Assembly: GCF_001412615.1 (NCBI RefSeq) | Contig: NZ_CP013011.1 | Location: 840,001 to 872,000 of the forward strand | Source: Pyrodictium delaneyi | Lineage (GTDB): Archaea; Thermoproteota; Thermoprotei_A; Sulfolobales; Pyrodictiaceae | DNA: 32,000 bases | Direction: 5' to 3' | Shown here: one piece after another, positions 1-9,148 of the stretch | Position numbering within the stretch: the first letter of the stretch is position 1 | Layout: every line of letters begins with the position of its first letter | Made by a program: the position numbers and the translations under genes | Notes under the pieces: model-generated | What the model was told of the DNA's origin: nothing | Databases searched by the model: none | What the model saw: only the letters and a program-made list of their open reading frames with translations

Positions 1-2939
1 CACTCAAGGTCGAGGAATGGGTTCTCCGCTTCTGGGAGGAGAATAAGATATACGAGAAAGTCAAGCGGATGACCTGGGACGAGCGCAAAGACGCCCCGAT
101 ATTCGCGTTCCTCGAGGGCCCGCCCACCGCTAACGGCTTCATGCACGTTGGTCACGCCCGGGGCAGGACGCTGAAGGACGTGAAGCTCCGCTATGCCCGG
201 ATGCGGGGCTACAGGGTCTGGGACCAGGCCGGCTGGGACACCCAGGGGCTCCCCGTAGAGCTCGAGGTAGAGAAGCGGCTGGGGCTTCGGAGCAAGAAGG
301 AGATAGAGGAGTACGGCGTCGAGCGCTTCATAGAGGAGTGTAAGAAGCTCGTAGACTACTACCTCGGGCACTGGGAGCGGGCGAGCAAGCGGCTAGGCCT
401 CTGGCTAGACTACCAGCACGCCTACCAGACAAGGGATCCCCGCTACATAGAGGCCATATGGGAGTTCGTCAAGCGGGCGCACGAGAAGGGCCTACTCTAC
501 GAGGGCCGCCGCGTAGTGCCAAGATGCCCCCGCTGCGGCACGGCACTGAGCAGCCATGAGCTAGCCCAGGGCTACGAGGAGGTAGACGACCCCAGCGTCT
601 ACTTCAAGCTGCCCCTCGAGGGGCTCGAGAACACCTACCTAGTCGCCTGGACCACCACCCCCTGGACCATAATAGCCAACGAGGCTGCTGTGGTCCACCC
701 TGAGGAGTGGTACGTCTTCATAGCAGTCGGCGACGAGGTCTGGATACTCGCCGAGAAGCGGCTAGAAGCATTTGCCAAGGAGGTCGGGCTAGAGAACTAC
801 ACCGTGATAAACAGGGTGACAGGCTCCAGCCTCGTAGGCATGAGGTACCGGCACCCGCTCCTCGAGGAAGTGCCCTACCACCAGCGCCACGAGCCCCCGT
901 ACCACACTGTGCTAGCGGCAGACTGGGTGACCATGGAGGATGGTACCGGGGTAGTACACGCCGCGCCCGCCCACGGCCCCGAGGACTTCGAGCTAGGCCA
1001 GAAGCACGGCCTGGAGGCGTACACGCCGCTCCGGGAGGACGGTGTATTCGGCGAGGAGGCTGGCGCGTTCAAGGGGCTCTGGTTCGAGGACGCTAGCAGG
1101 AAGGTAGTCGAGGTGCTTAAGGAGAAGGGGCTGCTTGTCCACGCTGGCGTGGTGAGGCACGAGTACCCGTTCTGCTGGCGCTGCGGCACCAGGCTCTTCT
1201 ACTACGCGTCGAGGCAGTGGTTCATAAGGCTCACCGACGAGCTGAAGCGGAAGATGGCCGAGGAAGTATACTCGATGAGGTGGGCCCCGGGCTGGGCAGT
1301 GAAGAGGATGGGCGACTGGGTGGAGAACGCCCGTGACTGGTGTATAAGCCGCGAGCGCTACTGGGGCACCCCGCTCCCCGTCTGGCGGTGCACCGGCTGC
1401 GGCCACATAGTGGTCGTGGGCAGCCTAGAGGAGCTACGCAAGCTGGCCGTGGACCCGGAGAGTGTGCCGGAGGACCCACACCGGCCTCACATAGACCGGG
1501 TGGAGCTGCGCTGCCCAGAGTGCGGCGGCGTGATGAAGCGTGAGCCGTTCGTGGTAGACGTGTGGATGGACAGCGGCGTAGCGCACACTGCTGCGCTCCG
1601 GCAGTACGGGTGGCTCAGCCTGTGGGACAAGCTATACCCCTACACCTGGATAACCGAGGCCGCCGACCAGACCCGTGGCTGGTTCTACACGCTACTCGTG
1701 ACGGGCGTAGTCTGGCACGGCCGGGCGCCCTACCGTAGCGTGCTGCTCCAGGGCCACGTGCTCGACAAGCACGGCAAGAAGATGAGCAAGAGTAAGGGCA
1801 ACGTGATATGGGCCATGGACTGGATGGAGAAGAACGGCACGGACCCGATGAGGATATTCCTGCTAAGCCGCGCGCCGTGGGACAGCATAAACTTCGACCC
1901 AGACGAGGTGAAGCGGTACCAGGGCTACCTCAACATACTCTGGAACACAGTCAAGTTCGCCGACACCTACATGGAGCTAGACCAGTGGAAGCCGAAGCCG
2001 CCCACCGAGGCACGGCTCCAGGCTGAGGACCGGTGGATACTCTACAGGCTACACGAGGCGCTGCGGAGGGTCGAAGAGGCTATAGAGAGCGACAACATGC
2101 ACCAGGCTGTCCAAGCCCTGGTAGACCTTGTAGTGGAGCAGCTGAGCCACCGCTACATACCATTGATAAGGCCCAGGGTCTGGGAGGAGGAGGCCACCGA
2201 GAGCAAGGACGCCGCCTACGCCACCCTCTACTACGTGCTAAAGGCGACACTGGCAGCGATGGCCCCGGTGGTGCCGTTCCTCTCGGAGTACCTCTACCAG
2301 GCCTTCATACGGAAGTATGAGCCCGACGCCCCCGAGAGCGTACACATGCTCCAGTGGCCCCAGGTGCCCGGGGAGCTGCTCGACGAGGAGAGCTACCGCG
2401 CCGTAGAGGAGGCGCTAGACGCTGCAGAGAAGGTGTTGGCCCTCCGCAGCGAGCGCCGGCTGAAGAGGCGCTGGCCACTCCGCCGCGCCGCTGTAGCCGC
2501 GAAGCCGGGCACCATGCTGAGCCCCAGCCGGCTCCAGGAGGCCGCTGACGTGCTAGCCAGGTTCGCCAACATAAAGACGGTCGAGGTCGTAGAGGGGGCG
2601 CCCGAGTGGGCGGCTGGCGCCGAGAAGCTAGAGACAGACAGCATGGTCGTCTACGTGGACATGGAGCTAGACGAGGAGACCATGCTCGAGGGCCTAGCCA
2701 GGGAGGTTATACGCCGCGCCCAGGTGCTAAGGAAGGAGCTAGACCTCCCAGTAGACCACACCGCCAAGAGGCTAATAGTGTACGCCGCCGGCCGGCTACG
2801 CAGCGCCGTAGAGCGGCACATGGAGCTCATAGCCCGCGAGGTACGCGTCGAGCGGGTAGAGCTGGCAGCAGAACCGCCCGCCGAAGGGAAGCGCTGGCGG
2901 ATAGAAGAGGACGAGCTAGTAGTAGCCCTAGAGCCCTAG
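1..2939 (+). CDS. ileS: Isoleucyl-tRNA synthetase (class Ia; Thermus/eukaryote-like type), 5' end cut by window edge
   Basis: The frame of the 69..2939 ORF stays open back to nt 3 (LKVEEWVLRFWEENKIYEKVKR-MTWDE...), so the true start lies upstream of the window. HIGH-type motif in PPTANGFMHVGHARG, KMSKS motif as KMSKSKGNV, plus WCISRERYWGTPLPVW and EAADQTRGWFY. The N-terminal 200 aa matches my memory of type-2 IleRS (GPPTANGxPHVGH...AGWDTxGLPVELEVEK.LGL). Confidence 0.88.
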   Translation, partial: LKVEEWVLRFWEENKIYEKVKRMTWDERKDAPIFAFLEGPPTANGFMHVGHARGRTLKDVKLRYARMRGYRVWDQAGWDTQGLPVELEVEKRLGLRSKKEIEEYGVERFIEECKKLVDYYLGHWERASKRLGLWLDYQHAYQTRDPRYIEAIWEFVKRAHEKGLLYEGRRVVPRCPRCGTALSSHELAQGYEEVDDPSVYFKLPLEGLENTYLVAWTTTPWTIIANEAAVVHPEEWYVFIAVGDEVWILAEKRLEAFAKEVGLENYTVINRVTGSSLVGMRYRHPLLEEVPYHQRHEPPYHTVLAADWVTMEDGTGVVHAAPAHGPEDFELGQKHGLEAYTPLREDGVFGEEAGAFKGLWFEDASRKVVEVLKEKGLLVHAGVVRHEYPFCWRCGTRLFYYASRQWFIRLTDELKRKMAEEVYSMRWAPGWAVKRMGDWVENARDWCISRERYWGTPLPVWRCTGCGHIVVVGSLEELRKLAVDPESVPEDPHRPHIDRVELRCPECGGVMKREPFVVDVWMDSGVAHTAALRQYGWLSLWDKLYPYTWITEAADQTRGWFYTLLVTGVVWHGRAPYRSVLLQGHVLDKHGKKMSKSKGNVIWAMDWMEKNGTDPMRIFLLSRAPWDSINFDPDEVKRYQGYLNILWNTVKFADTYMELDQWKPKPPTEARLQAEDRWILYRLHEALRRVEEAIESDNMHQAVQALVDLVVEQLSHRYIPLIRPRVWEEEATESKDAAYATLYYVLKATLAAMAPVVPFLSEYLYQAFIRKYEPDAPESVHMLQWPQVPGELLDEESYRAVEEALDAAEKVLALRSERRLKRRWPLRRAAVAAKPGTMLSPSRLQEAADVLARFANIKTVEVVEGAPEWAAGAEKLETDSMVVYVDMELDEETMLEGLAREVIRRAQVLRKELDLPVDHTAKRLIVYAAGRLRSAVERHMELIAREVRVERVELAAEPPAEGKRWRIEEDELVVALEP

Positions 2940-2967
2940 CCCCTCTTTCTCTTTTAGCCCAGAGAGA

Positions 2968-3022
2968 GGCCGGCACCTATCCCGTTCCAGGCTCTGCATG
3001 GAGCCCCTTTACGGTGCCGGCC
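2968..3022. terminator. Hairpin between convergent ileS and Nudix genes, next to a T-rich tract
   Basis: Perfect 10-bp inverted repeat GGCCGGCACC (2968-2977) / GGTGCCGGCC (3013-3022). Nested inner stem GGCTC-tgcatg-GAGCC. Pyrimidine/T-rich run ctctttctctttt at about 2942-2955, just after the ileS stop. Confidence 0.3.
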
Positions 3023-3033
3023 CGGGCCTAGGG

Positions 3034-3597
3034 TTATTCCTGGGCTCTCGGCTCCTCTTCCAGGGCCTCCGTCCTGATCGGTTTCAGCGTGCAGCTGCCC
3101 AGTATCTCCGGGAGCATTTCTAGGAGGACACGGGCGCCCGGCGTCAGGGGGAGCCTTAGGGCCTCCCTGTAGGGCACAAACCTGGCCTCCTCCGCGTCAC
3201 TATCGCCCCTGGGCTCGCCCCGCAGGTACCTCATCAGCACGTCTATTATCACGTAGTGCTCCGGCAGGCCGCCAGGCCCCACCGCCACCAGCTCGTGGAT
3301 ATGCGCCACGCCGAGGGGCTCCGCCTCAACCCCAGTCTCCTCCAGCAGCTCCCGCCGAGCCGCCTCGAGTATCGTCTCCCCGGGCTCAAGGTGGCCGCCG
3401 GGGAGGCTCCACCGGCCAGGGAACGGTGGGTACCGGCGCCGCACCAGCAGAATCTCCAGCCCGTCACCGCTATCGCGGGGCACTATGGCGCCGACGCCCA
3501 CCACAGGGCCCCGCACCGCCCGCCCAGGACGCACGCCAGGTGGCACCACAGTGGGAGAGAATGAGCCCCAGGGGGCTAGATAAGGAGCCCGGCCCAC
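3034..3597 (-). CDS. Nudix hydrolase
   Basis: Canonical Nudix box GGHLEPGETILEAARRELLEETGV (Gx5Ex7REUxEExGU). The N-terminal ~30 aa are Pro/Gly/Arg-rich, so the true start may be internal, near VVGVGAIV. Confidence 0.8.
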   Translation of the reverse strand: MGRAPYLAPWGSFSPTVVPPGVRPGRAVRGPVVGVGAIVPRDSGDGLEILLVRRRYPPFPGRWSLPGGHLEPGETILEAARRELLEETGVEAEPLGVAHIHELVAVGPGGLPEHYVIIDVLMRYLRGEPRGDSDAEEARFVPYREALRLPLTPGARVLLEMLPEILGSCTLKPIRTEALEEEPRAQE

Positions 3598-3610
3598 GCG
3601 CCCCAGGGGG

Positions 3611-3856
3611 CTACTCCTCCTCTAGGGGCTCCGCCCCTAGCACCTCCTCAGCTATAGCGTCAACCTCATCGCCGCGGGCCTCCCGGAACCGCTTAGAGAG
3701 CAGCTCACTCGCCTCCTTGTAGGCCTTCTCCAGCCTCTCCAAGGGTATGTATATCAGCTCCCCGTCCCCCGTCTCCAGGAACACCGCGAACCGCTTACGC
3801 CGGTAATCCACAGCCACGTGGAGGCAGGGCGGCTCCCCGCACTCATAGCCAGCCAT
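3611..3856 (-). CDS. Small hypothetical protein (81 aa, acidic C-terminus)
   Basis: ORF ends 13 nt upstream of the Nudix ORF on the same strand. No recognisable motif. Confidence 0.4.
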   Translation of the reverse strand: MAGYECGEPPCLHVAVDYRRKRFAVFLETGDGELIYIPLERLEKAYKEASELLSKRFREARGDEVDAIAEEVLGAEPLEEE

Positions 3857-4043
3857 ACCAGCCCACCCCAGACCCAGCCCTAGGACGCCACCAGGCTATA
3901 GAAGAGTATAGCCTCCACTATCACACCCGCGCCGGGTATCCCTCGGTCAACAGTCCCGCTAGGGTCATGCGTTGGCATCCCTGCCGTCCGCTGACCATCC
4001 TGTAGAGCAGAGAACCCCTAGCCCCGGGGAGTGGTCCAAGACG

Positions 4044-4439
4044 CTACGGTATGTATTCTAGCACCTCCTCCAGTATGCTCCGGAGCGTTGGAGGAGCCGC
4101 TGGCACTACTTTGCCGTCTCCAGTATGTTTATGGTGTGGATGAGAAGGAACCTCCGGATGATGTGGCGCGTTATCATACCTAAATACGAGCTTACCATCG
4201 GGGTCGGCGTAATGATATCTGTACTTGAGCCTAGATATATCACTCTTCGAGACTACCACGTATTCTAGGAACTCTAGCTGCGACCCATCAACGAAGACTA
4301 TTCTACCCCTAACAAGGCCCTCAGTTGGTGTAGCCTCTTCAACGCTTAGCTCGTAGTCAACAATTATATCCGTGAAGCTCTTCAGCGTCTCGGCAACCCA
4401 GTTAGCGTAGTCTCTGAAGCCTCTGTAGCTCCTTCTCAA
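4044..4439 (-). CDS. DUF6516 / TumE-like putative toxin
   Basis: VFVDGSQLEFLEYVV...YRYHYADPDGKLVFRYDNAPHHPEVPSHPHHKH matches my memory of the conserved core of the DUF6516 (TumE toxin) family. Assignment is from memory only. Confidence 0.55.
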   Translation of the reverse strand: MRRSYRGFRDYANWVAETLKSFTDIIVDYELSVEEATPTEGLVRGRIVFVDGSQLEFLEYVVVSKSDISRLKYRYHYADPDGKLVFRYDNAPHHPEVPSHPHHKHTGDGKVVPAAPPTLRSILEEVLEYIP

Positions 4440-4707
4440 GCTCCCTCAGCCTTTCCTCTATAACTCTCCTTGCTCTCAGATAGCTCCACCAAAGGAAGTA
4501 GTCCTCATCGTCACCTAGTTCGCCTCTCTCAAACTTCTCGAGAAACACGCTAGAACTCATACCGTACTTCTCTTCGAGCCGGCTGATCCGGGTCTCGTAC
4601 ATCCGTAGCTTAGCCCGTAGAAGCCTAGCCTCTCTCGCAAGCGCGTCGACTACTATGCCGACAGCCACACCCACAACACCTCTAGTATCAGGGAGGGCTC
4701 TGTACAC
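4402..4707 (-). CDS. Small coiled-coil partner protein (putative antitoxin of the DUF6516 gene)
   Basis: Lies directly upstream of the DUF6516-like ORF and overlaps it by 38 nt. The motif EEKYGMSSSVFLEKFERGELGDDEDYFLWW is typical of small partners of this toxin family. The true start may be the internal Met (MYETRISRLEEKYG). Confidence 0.45.
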   Translation of the reverse strand: MYRALPDTRGVVGVAVGIVVDALAREARLLRAKLRMYETRISRLEEKYGMSSSVFLEKFERGELGDDEDYFLWWSYLRARRVIEERLRELEKELQRLQRLR

Positions 4708-4886
4708 AGCCCCTAGTTAGTTCCAAGGCCCAGGCCAGGGCAAAAAGCTGCCTCAGACTATCCAGAGCCCACGCACAATAGGCGAACACTCCACGAGCAT
4801 AACCTCCTGGACAAATCCCCGCCAAGGAGCCGCCTGGGGTCACTCAGTCCCCAGGCACCCCTGCACCCCTGTAGCCCCTGGAGCAC

Positions 4887-5609
4887 CTACACAGTACCAG
4901 CCTCCTCTCTTGCCGCGGCTTGGCCGCGAAGCCTCCTAGCCCCCAGCACCCCGAGCAGGGAGCCAGCGAGCCACAGGGCGTCGCCCAGTAGGGCCGAGGA
5001 GAAGCCCAGAGGGAGCCCAGCAAGCCAGAGGACTATACCGGCCCTTATCGGGCTGCCGCCGGGCTCGCCTCCCAGCCTCCACAGCGCCACAGTCTCCAGA
5101 GCCAGTCCGGCAAAGCCAGCCACGATACCGATAAGAGTCAACGCGAGCGCGGCGAACACGAACACGCCGGCAAAGACGCCGGCAGCAGAGGCTACACAGC
5201 CGGGGGAGGCAGCACACGACGCAGCCAAGACGAGCATGGCGCCGGCCAGCGTCACCGAGGCCAGACCAGCAATGACGAGCTTAGCGCCTGTCAGCCCCAG
5301 GCTGTAGCCCGGCCGGTAGAGCCTCAGCAAGCCGAACCCCTTCCAGAGAAAGTAGACCGGCAAAGCATAGACAGCCAGCAGCGCGAAACCCGCGAGAAAC
5401 ATCTCTAGGAGCGGCGGGTTCCCAGACGGCGCCCCCGGCCCCGGGGCCAGCAGGTCGCCCACGACAGCGCCTACAGCCCGGTGGGCGAGGCCCAGCCCGA
5501 GGCTCGCCAGGAAGTACTGGTACACGTAGCCGGCGCCCCGCCGGAGAAGCCCAGGCTCCCCAGCACCACCGGTAGGGCCGGTATCCACGGCGGGCAGCCC
5601 CAGCACCAT
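4887..5609 (-). CDS. Multi-pass membrane protein, function unknown
   Basis: Several long hydrophobic Ala/Leu/Gly/Val segments. TATA-like aaatataaata at about 5623-5633, roughly 20 nt upstream of the ATG on the coding strand. High GC makes the ORF call less certain. Confidence 0.5.
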   Translation of the reverse strand: MVLGLPAVDTGPTGGAGEPGLLRRGAGYVYQYFLASLGLGLAHRAVGAVVGDLLAPGPGAPSGNPPLLEMFLAGFALLAVYALPVYFLWKGFGLLRLYRPGYSLGLTGAKLVIAGLASVTLAGAMLVLAASCAASPGCVASAAGVFAGVFVFAALALTLIGIVAGFAGLALETVALWRLGGEPGGSPIRAGIVLWLAGLPLGFSSALLGDALWLAGSLLGVLGARRLRGQAAAREEAGTV

Positions 5610-5889
5610 ACACGCCAGCAGGAAATATAAATATCAACAGCATATAGGGTAGCGCTGGCTCTTAGAGCCTAGGCGCTATCTGGCAGATTCTCCACCCGGG
5701 GGGACATCGGTAGGGTGTAGAGAAGTATTGTTATGGCTGTATAGCCGGCCGCCACACTGGTGACAACAGTCAGCCTAATCTTCTAGGTACGCCTCTATAG
5801 GCTAGTCTTCGTCTGCGCTCCTCGCCTCTCCAGGGCGGTGCCTAATTTTAGCGGCGCCTAGTGGGTAGGTAGAGTATGGTGGGACCACA

Positions 5890-6147
5890 GTGAGTAGTGG
5901 GACGATAGTCCGGCTTGACTCTAAGGGCCGGGTCACCCTACCCCTAGAGGTTAGGAGGAAGCTGGGGCTCCGTGAGGGCTCCCAGCTCCGGGTCCTCGTC
6001 GACGAGGAGAAGGGGAGGATAATAATCGAGAAAGCAGAGTCCATAGCCGAGAGGTACTACGGCGTATTCAGGCCCCGTAGACGCGTAGACGACGTAGAGG
6101 AGGAGATAGAGGAGGCGGTGTACAGGGCTTGGCTAGGAGATACATAG
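5890..6147 (+). CDS. vapB: AbrB/SpoVT-fold antitoxin (VapB-like)
   Basis: GTG start. LDSKGRVTLPLEVRRKLGLREGSQLRVLVDEE is the swapped-hairpin AbrB/MazE motif. Overlaps the downstream PIN gene by 19 nt. Confidence 0.75.
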   Translation: MSSGTIVRLDSKGRVTLPLEVRRKLGLREGSQLRVLVDEEKGRIIIEKAESIAERYYGVFRPRRRVDDVEEEIEEAVYRAWLGDT

Positions 6148-6545
6148 ACGTAAACATCCTCGTCTACTGGCTCACCGGGCACCCAGAGTACGGCAGAAAA
6201 GCCCTAGAGTGGGTGAAGAGAGTAGAAGCCGCCACAAGAGGCACATACATAACAGCAAGCATCACCATCTACGAGCTCATAGTAGTCCTCGCACGGCTCA
6301 CCGGGAGAAAACTCAGCGACAAGAGCCTCGTAGACAAGGTCCTCGAGGCGCTCAGCGGGCTACAGGGGCTACGAGTAGTCGAGACAACACAGCAAGACTA
6401 CCTAGACGCAGCCCGCTACATGGAGGCCTACAGCCTAGACCTCGAAGACGCCCTACACCTAGCCGTCGCGCTACGACACAAAGCCGCCGAGATAGTGTCA
6501 AACGACACCGACTTCGACAAGACACCCCTCAAGCGCGTCTTCTAG
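6129..6545 (+). CDS. vapC: PIN-domain ribonuclease toxin (VapC-like)
   Basis: TTG start. The four acidic PIN positions are visible: YIDVN..., TIYELIVV, DLEDALHLA, SNDTDFDK. Confidence 0.75.
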   Translation: MARRYIDVNILVYWLTGHPEYGRKALEWVKRVEAATRGTYITASITIYELIVVLARLTGRKLSDKSLVDKVLEALSGLQGLRVVETTQQDYLDAARYMEAYSLDLEDALHLAVALRHKAAEIVSNDTDFDKTPLKRVF

Positions 6546-6753
6546 ACCGCAAGCCGGAAGGGCACACCCCGATACCCCTGGGGCCTGGCTATCAGCTGTG
6601 TCTTGCGGGTATAGTAGTCTGTCAGCCTTGCTGTCCTTGCCCGGGCTAGTGTCTGCCTCACACTCTCTATTACCTCAAGAAGCATGTGTTTATGCAGTTG
6701 TCCTCATAGCCATAGAGTATAGGGGCTCCCTGAGCAGCCTACAGGAGGAGACC

Positions 6754-6915
6754 GTGGCCAAGGCTATCTACGAGAAGGGCGTGCTAAGGCCCCTCCAGGA
6801 TCTCGGCCTCCAGGAGGGGGAGGAGGTCGAGATAATCGTCCGCCGGAGGCCCAGCCTCAGGCAGGAGGACGTCGACCGGGTTATCGAGGAGATAGATGAT
6901 GAAGGTATTCTTTGA
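6754..6915 (+). CDS. Small antitoxin-family protein (AF2212/DUF104-like)
   Basis: Conserved core AKAIYEKGVLRPLQDLGLQEGEEVEIIV. It is paralogous to the 7873..8115 and 31473..31676 products. A GTG at 6754 preceded by aggaggag is a better start than the track start at 6598, whose extension is hydrophobic/low-complexity and absent from the paralogs. Confidence 0.65.
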   Translation: MAKAIYEKGVLRPLQDLGLQEGEEVEIIVRRRPSLRQEDVDRVIEEIDDEGIL

Positions 6916-7330
6916 CTCCAACGTCCTCCTCGGTGCCTCGCCGGCGCCAGGGAGGCCAAGAAGCTTGTAGATATGGCTGAGCACGGCGAATGGGAGGACT
7001 ATGTGAACGATATCGTGGTCAGCGAAGTCGTCTACGGCTACCCGAGACTAGCCCTCAACGTCTCCAGGTACAAGCCCTAGAGACTACATAGCCAAGCACA
7101 TAGACGTGGTCGAGGAGCTGCTAGAGCAGGACGTCTACCCACTATTCACGAGCTTCAGGCACATCCCGACCAATGCTGGAGTAGACATGATAGTAGAGTA
7201 CATGACCAGCTACAGGCTATTGCCAAACGACGCGCTGATAGCCGCGACGTGCCGGAGCCACGGTATAGAGGCGATAGCCACCTTCGACGAGGACTTCAAG
7301 CAGATACCATGGCTCAAGGTGATACCATAG
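6896..7330 (+). pseudogene. vapC: PIN-domain toxin gene disrupted by two frameshifts
   Basis: ATG 6896/6899 gives MMKVFFDSNVLL..., stopping at TAG 6968-6970. The homologous sequence continues in another frame (CLAGAREAKKLVDMAEHGEWEDYVNDIVVSEVVYGYPRLALNVSRYKP*, stop 7078). It then returns to the first frame (RDYIAKHIDVVEELLEQ...LPNDALIAATCRSHGIEAIATFDEDFKQIPWLKVIP, end 7330). The C-terminus parallels the intact paralog at 7408..7854 (...FDGDFRRVPWLKVIS). Confidence 0.65.
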
Positions 7331-7407
7331 CCCGGGGGAGACACCCCGGAGCCAGCACGTATCTCTGCTCCGCGCCTCGGCGAGGAGCCTCAGGGAGCAA
7401 GCTTGTT

Positions 7408-7854
7408 TCACGAGATTACCTTCAGCCACGGCACCCTCCTGAAGTCCCCGTCAAACGTCAGGATAGTGTCTATGCCGTAGTGCCTACATGTAAGGGCTAT
7501 TATAGCGTCGCTTGGCGTCAGATTATAGTTTTTCATGACCTCTAGTAGTTCGCTTGGCTCTGCATGATCTCTTAGAACCGTAATACCGAGTTCCCGGAGC
7601 ATTTCCACGTATTCCTCTAGCTTATCAGCTGCGAAGCCCAGCCCCTTCTCTCTTATATGCTCCTTCAGCCTGTCAAGCCTCCTAATCCCCAGCCTGACCC
7701 TGGCTAGACGACGTATTATGACGAACTCGACCTCATTGATTATCCCTACTGTCACTGCTAAGTCCGGGTGAGATGCTAGAAGGAGCTCTGCTTCATCGGC
7801 TCTCTCCCCTTCAAGCAGGTAGTGTATGAATACGTTCGAGTCAACCAGCTTCAA
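7408..7854 (-). CDS. vapC: PIN-domain toxin (VapC-like), intact
   Basis: MKLVDSNVFIHYLL, INEVEFVI, TPSDAIIALT and LTFDGDFRRV supply the acidic PIN residues. An antitoxin-like ORF sits 18 nt upstream on the same strand. Confidence 0.75.
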   Translation of the reverse strand: MKLVDSNVFIHYLLEGERADEAELLLASHPDLAVTVGIINEVEFVIIRRLARVRLGIRRLDRLKEHIREKGLGFAADKLEEYVEMLRELGITVLRDHAEPSELLEVMKNYNLTPSDAIIALTCRHYGIDTILTFDGDFRRVPWLKVIS

Positions 7855-7872
7855 CCCTTACCCCCACGGAGC

Positions 7873-8115
7873 CTAGAGGCGCTCGAACTCCGCCTCAAGC
7901 AGTAGCTCCTCTATCTCCTCCCTACTCGCCCTGCCAAGCATCCCCCTATACTTCCGTAGACGTCTAACCCTATCCTCAAACCTCTCCAGGCGGACGAAAA
8001 CCTCCTCACCCTCTTCCAGGTCCACATCGTCTAGCAGCTTGAGGACACCACCCTCATACCTAGCCCTTACAACCCTGGACAAGGCCAGCCCACCCAAACC
8101 AGTTGACCAGTGCAT
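7873..8115 (-). CDS. Small antitoxin-family protein (AF2212/DUF104-like)
   Basis: SRVVRARYEGGVLKLLDDVDLEEGEEVFVRLE...RKYRGMLG parallels MARIVRARYEKGVLRPLEDLGLDEGEEVIIRV...RKYKGVLG at 31473. By analogy the real start is probably the TTG at 8082. Confidence 0.65.
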   Translation of the reverse strand: MHWSTGLGGLALSRVVRARYEGGVLKLLDDVDLEEGEEVFVRLERFEDRVRRLRKYRGMLGRASREEIEELLLEAEFERL

Positions 8116-8338
8116 GCCCTAATTACCACTCGCTACTAGACCCCCTAGCGCTACGCAGCAGTAGTTCTAGACGCCAACGCGGCCATAGCAGCTCTGGTAA
8201 AAAGGGGCAACGATTCAACCGCTACACCGCATCCCCCGGCTCCAAGGACTCTACCCCTCCCCCTACCCCAGAAAACTCGGCCCTCCGGCAGCCCCGCACT
8301 CCGTAGTAGCCTCACATCCCTGAACCCTAGGCCTGGGC

Positions 8339-9148
8339 TTAGGGCCCAAGGCCCAGGTACTCTTGGAGCGAATGTATTATCCTATCTGGATTGGCTACGT
8401 TCTCTTCTATGATCTCGTGTATCTTATGCCTTAGCTGCCAGTGGGAGAGACTCATAGAGTACTCGAGCGCGGCATAGCCGCCGTACTCCAGGATTACGCG
8501 GGCCAGCCCCGTAGAGGTAAACACCTTACCCACGACTTTGAACGCGAGGCCATATGTAGGGTCGAGCCGTATAAGCACAATGTCGAGCACCAGCCTCGTC
8601 AAGTTCCCGTAAAACCAGCTCCACGCCCAGCCACTATCATACATCAGTACTAGATTTGCCGCTCTCACCAGACCGTTATAGTCCCTCGCCAAGCCGCACA
8701 GGGTCTGCAAGGCCTCCACGGAGCCACGTCCAGCAGAGTCCATCAGCCCCCTAATCTCCCGGTAAGACAGGTAGGGCAAGCGTACACCCAGATCCTTCTC
8801 CAGGCCCTCTACCAGATTCCTATACTCGTTCAAAACCTCGTAAACCCTATCATAGCCGCCCCCGGCAGCAGCGATAGCATCATGCATACTACACTCCGGC
8901 AGCAACGGCAGCCCCGCAAAACCACTCGCCAGCACACGTGTTACCCCATCATACCCATAGCGGGACGCAGCGCTGTAAACCGACCCAATATAATACGACA
9001 GGGCACTGCCATAGCTATGCTGACCCAGAACCAGATCCCTAACCGAGTTAACTAGAGTAGCCTGGCTATCAACTATCATAATTGTTGTAACTATTACCAG
9101 AACCAGCACCAGAAAGACCATGAGTACCAGCAGCACATTACTACTCAT
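8339..9148 (-). CDS. N-terminally membrane-anchored hypothetical protein
   Basis: One strongly hydrophobic N-terminal segment (VLLVLMVFLVLVLVIVTTIMIV), then about 240 aa with no motif I recognise. G+C is intermediate compared with the flanks. Confidence 0.5.
   Translation of the reverse strand: MSSNVLLVLMVFLVLVLVIVTTIMIVDSQATLVNSVRDLVLGQHSYGSALSYYIGSVYSAASRYGYDGVTRVLASGFAGLPLLPECSMHDAIAAAGGGYDRVYEVLNEYRNLVEGLEKDLGVRLPYLSYREIRGLMDSAGRGSVEALQTLCGLARDYNGLVRAANLVLMYDSGWAWSWFYGNLTRLVLDIVLIRLDPTYGLAFKVVGKVFTSTGLARVILEYGGYAALEYSMSLSHWQLRHKIHEIIEENVANPDRIIHSLQEYLGLGP

Noticed and set aside
707-2644. Multiple 60-140-aa ORFs on both strands inside ileS (for example 707..1096, 993..1406, 2033..2320)
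   Set aside because: They lie wholly inside a confidently identified aaRS gene. Their Arg/Pro/Gly-rich products are typical of off-frame reading of GC-rich coding sequence.
6598-6753. N-terminal extension of the antitoxin-like ORF from the track start at 6598
   Set aside because: The extension is hydrophobic/low-complexity and absent from the two paralogs. The GTG at 6754 with an upstream aggaggag matches the paralog starts.
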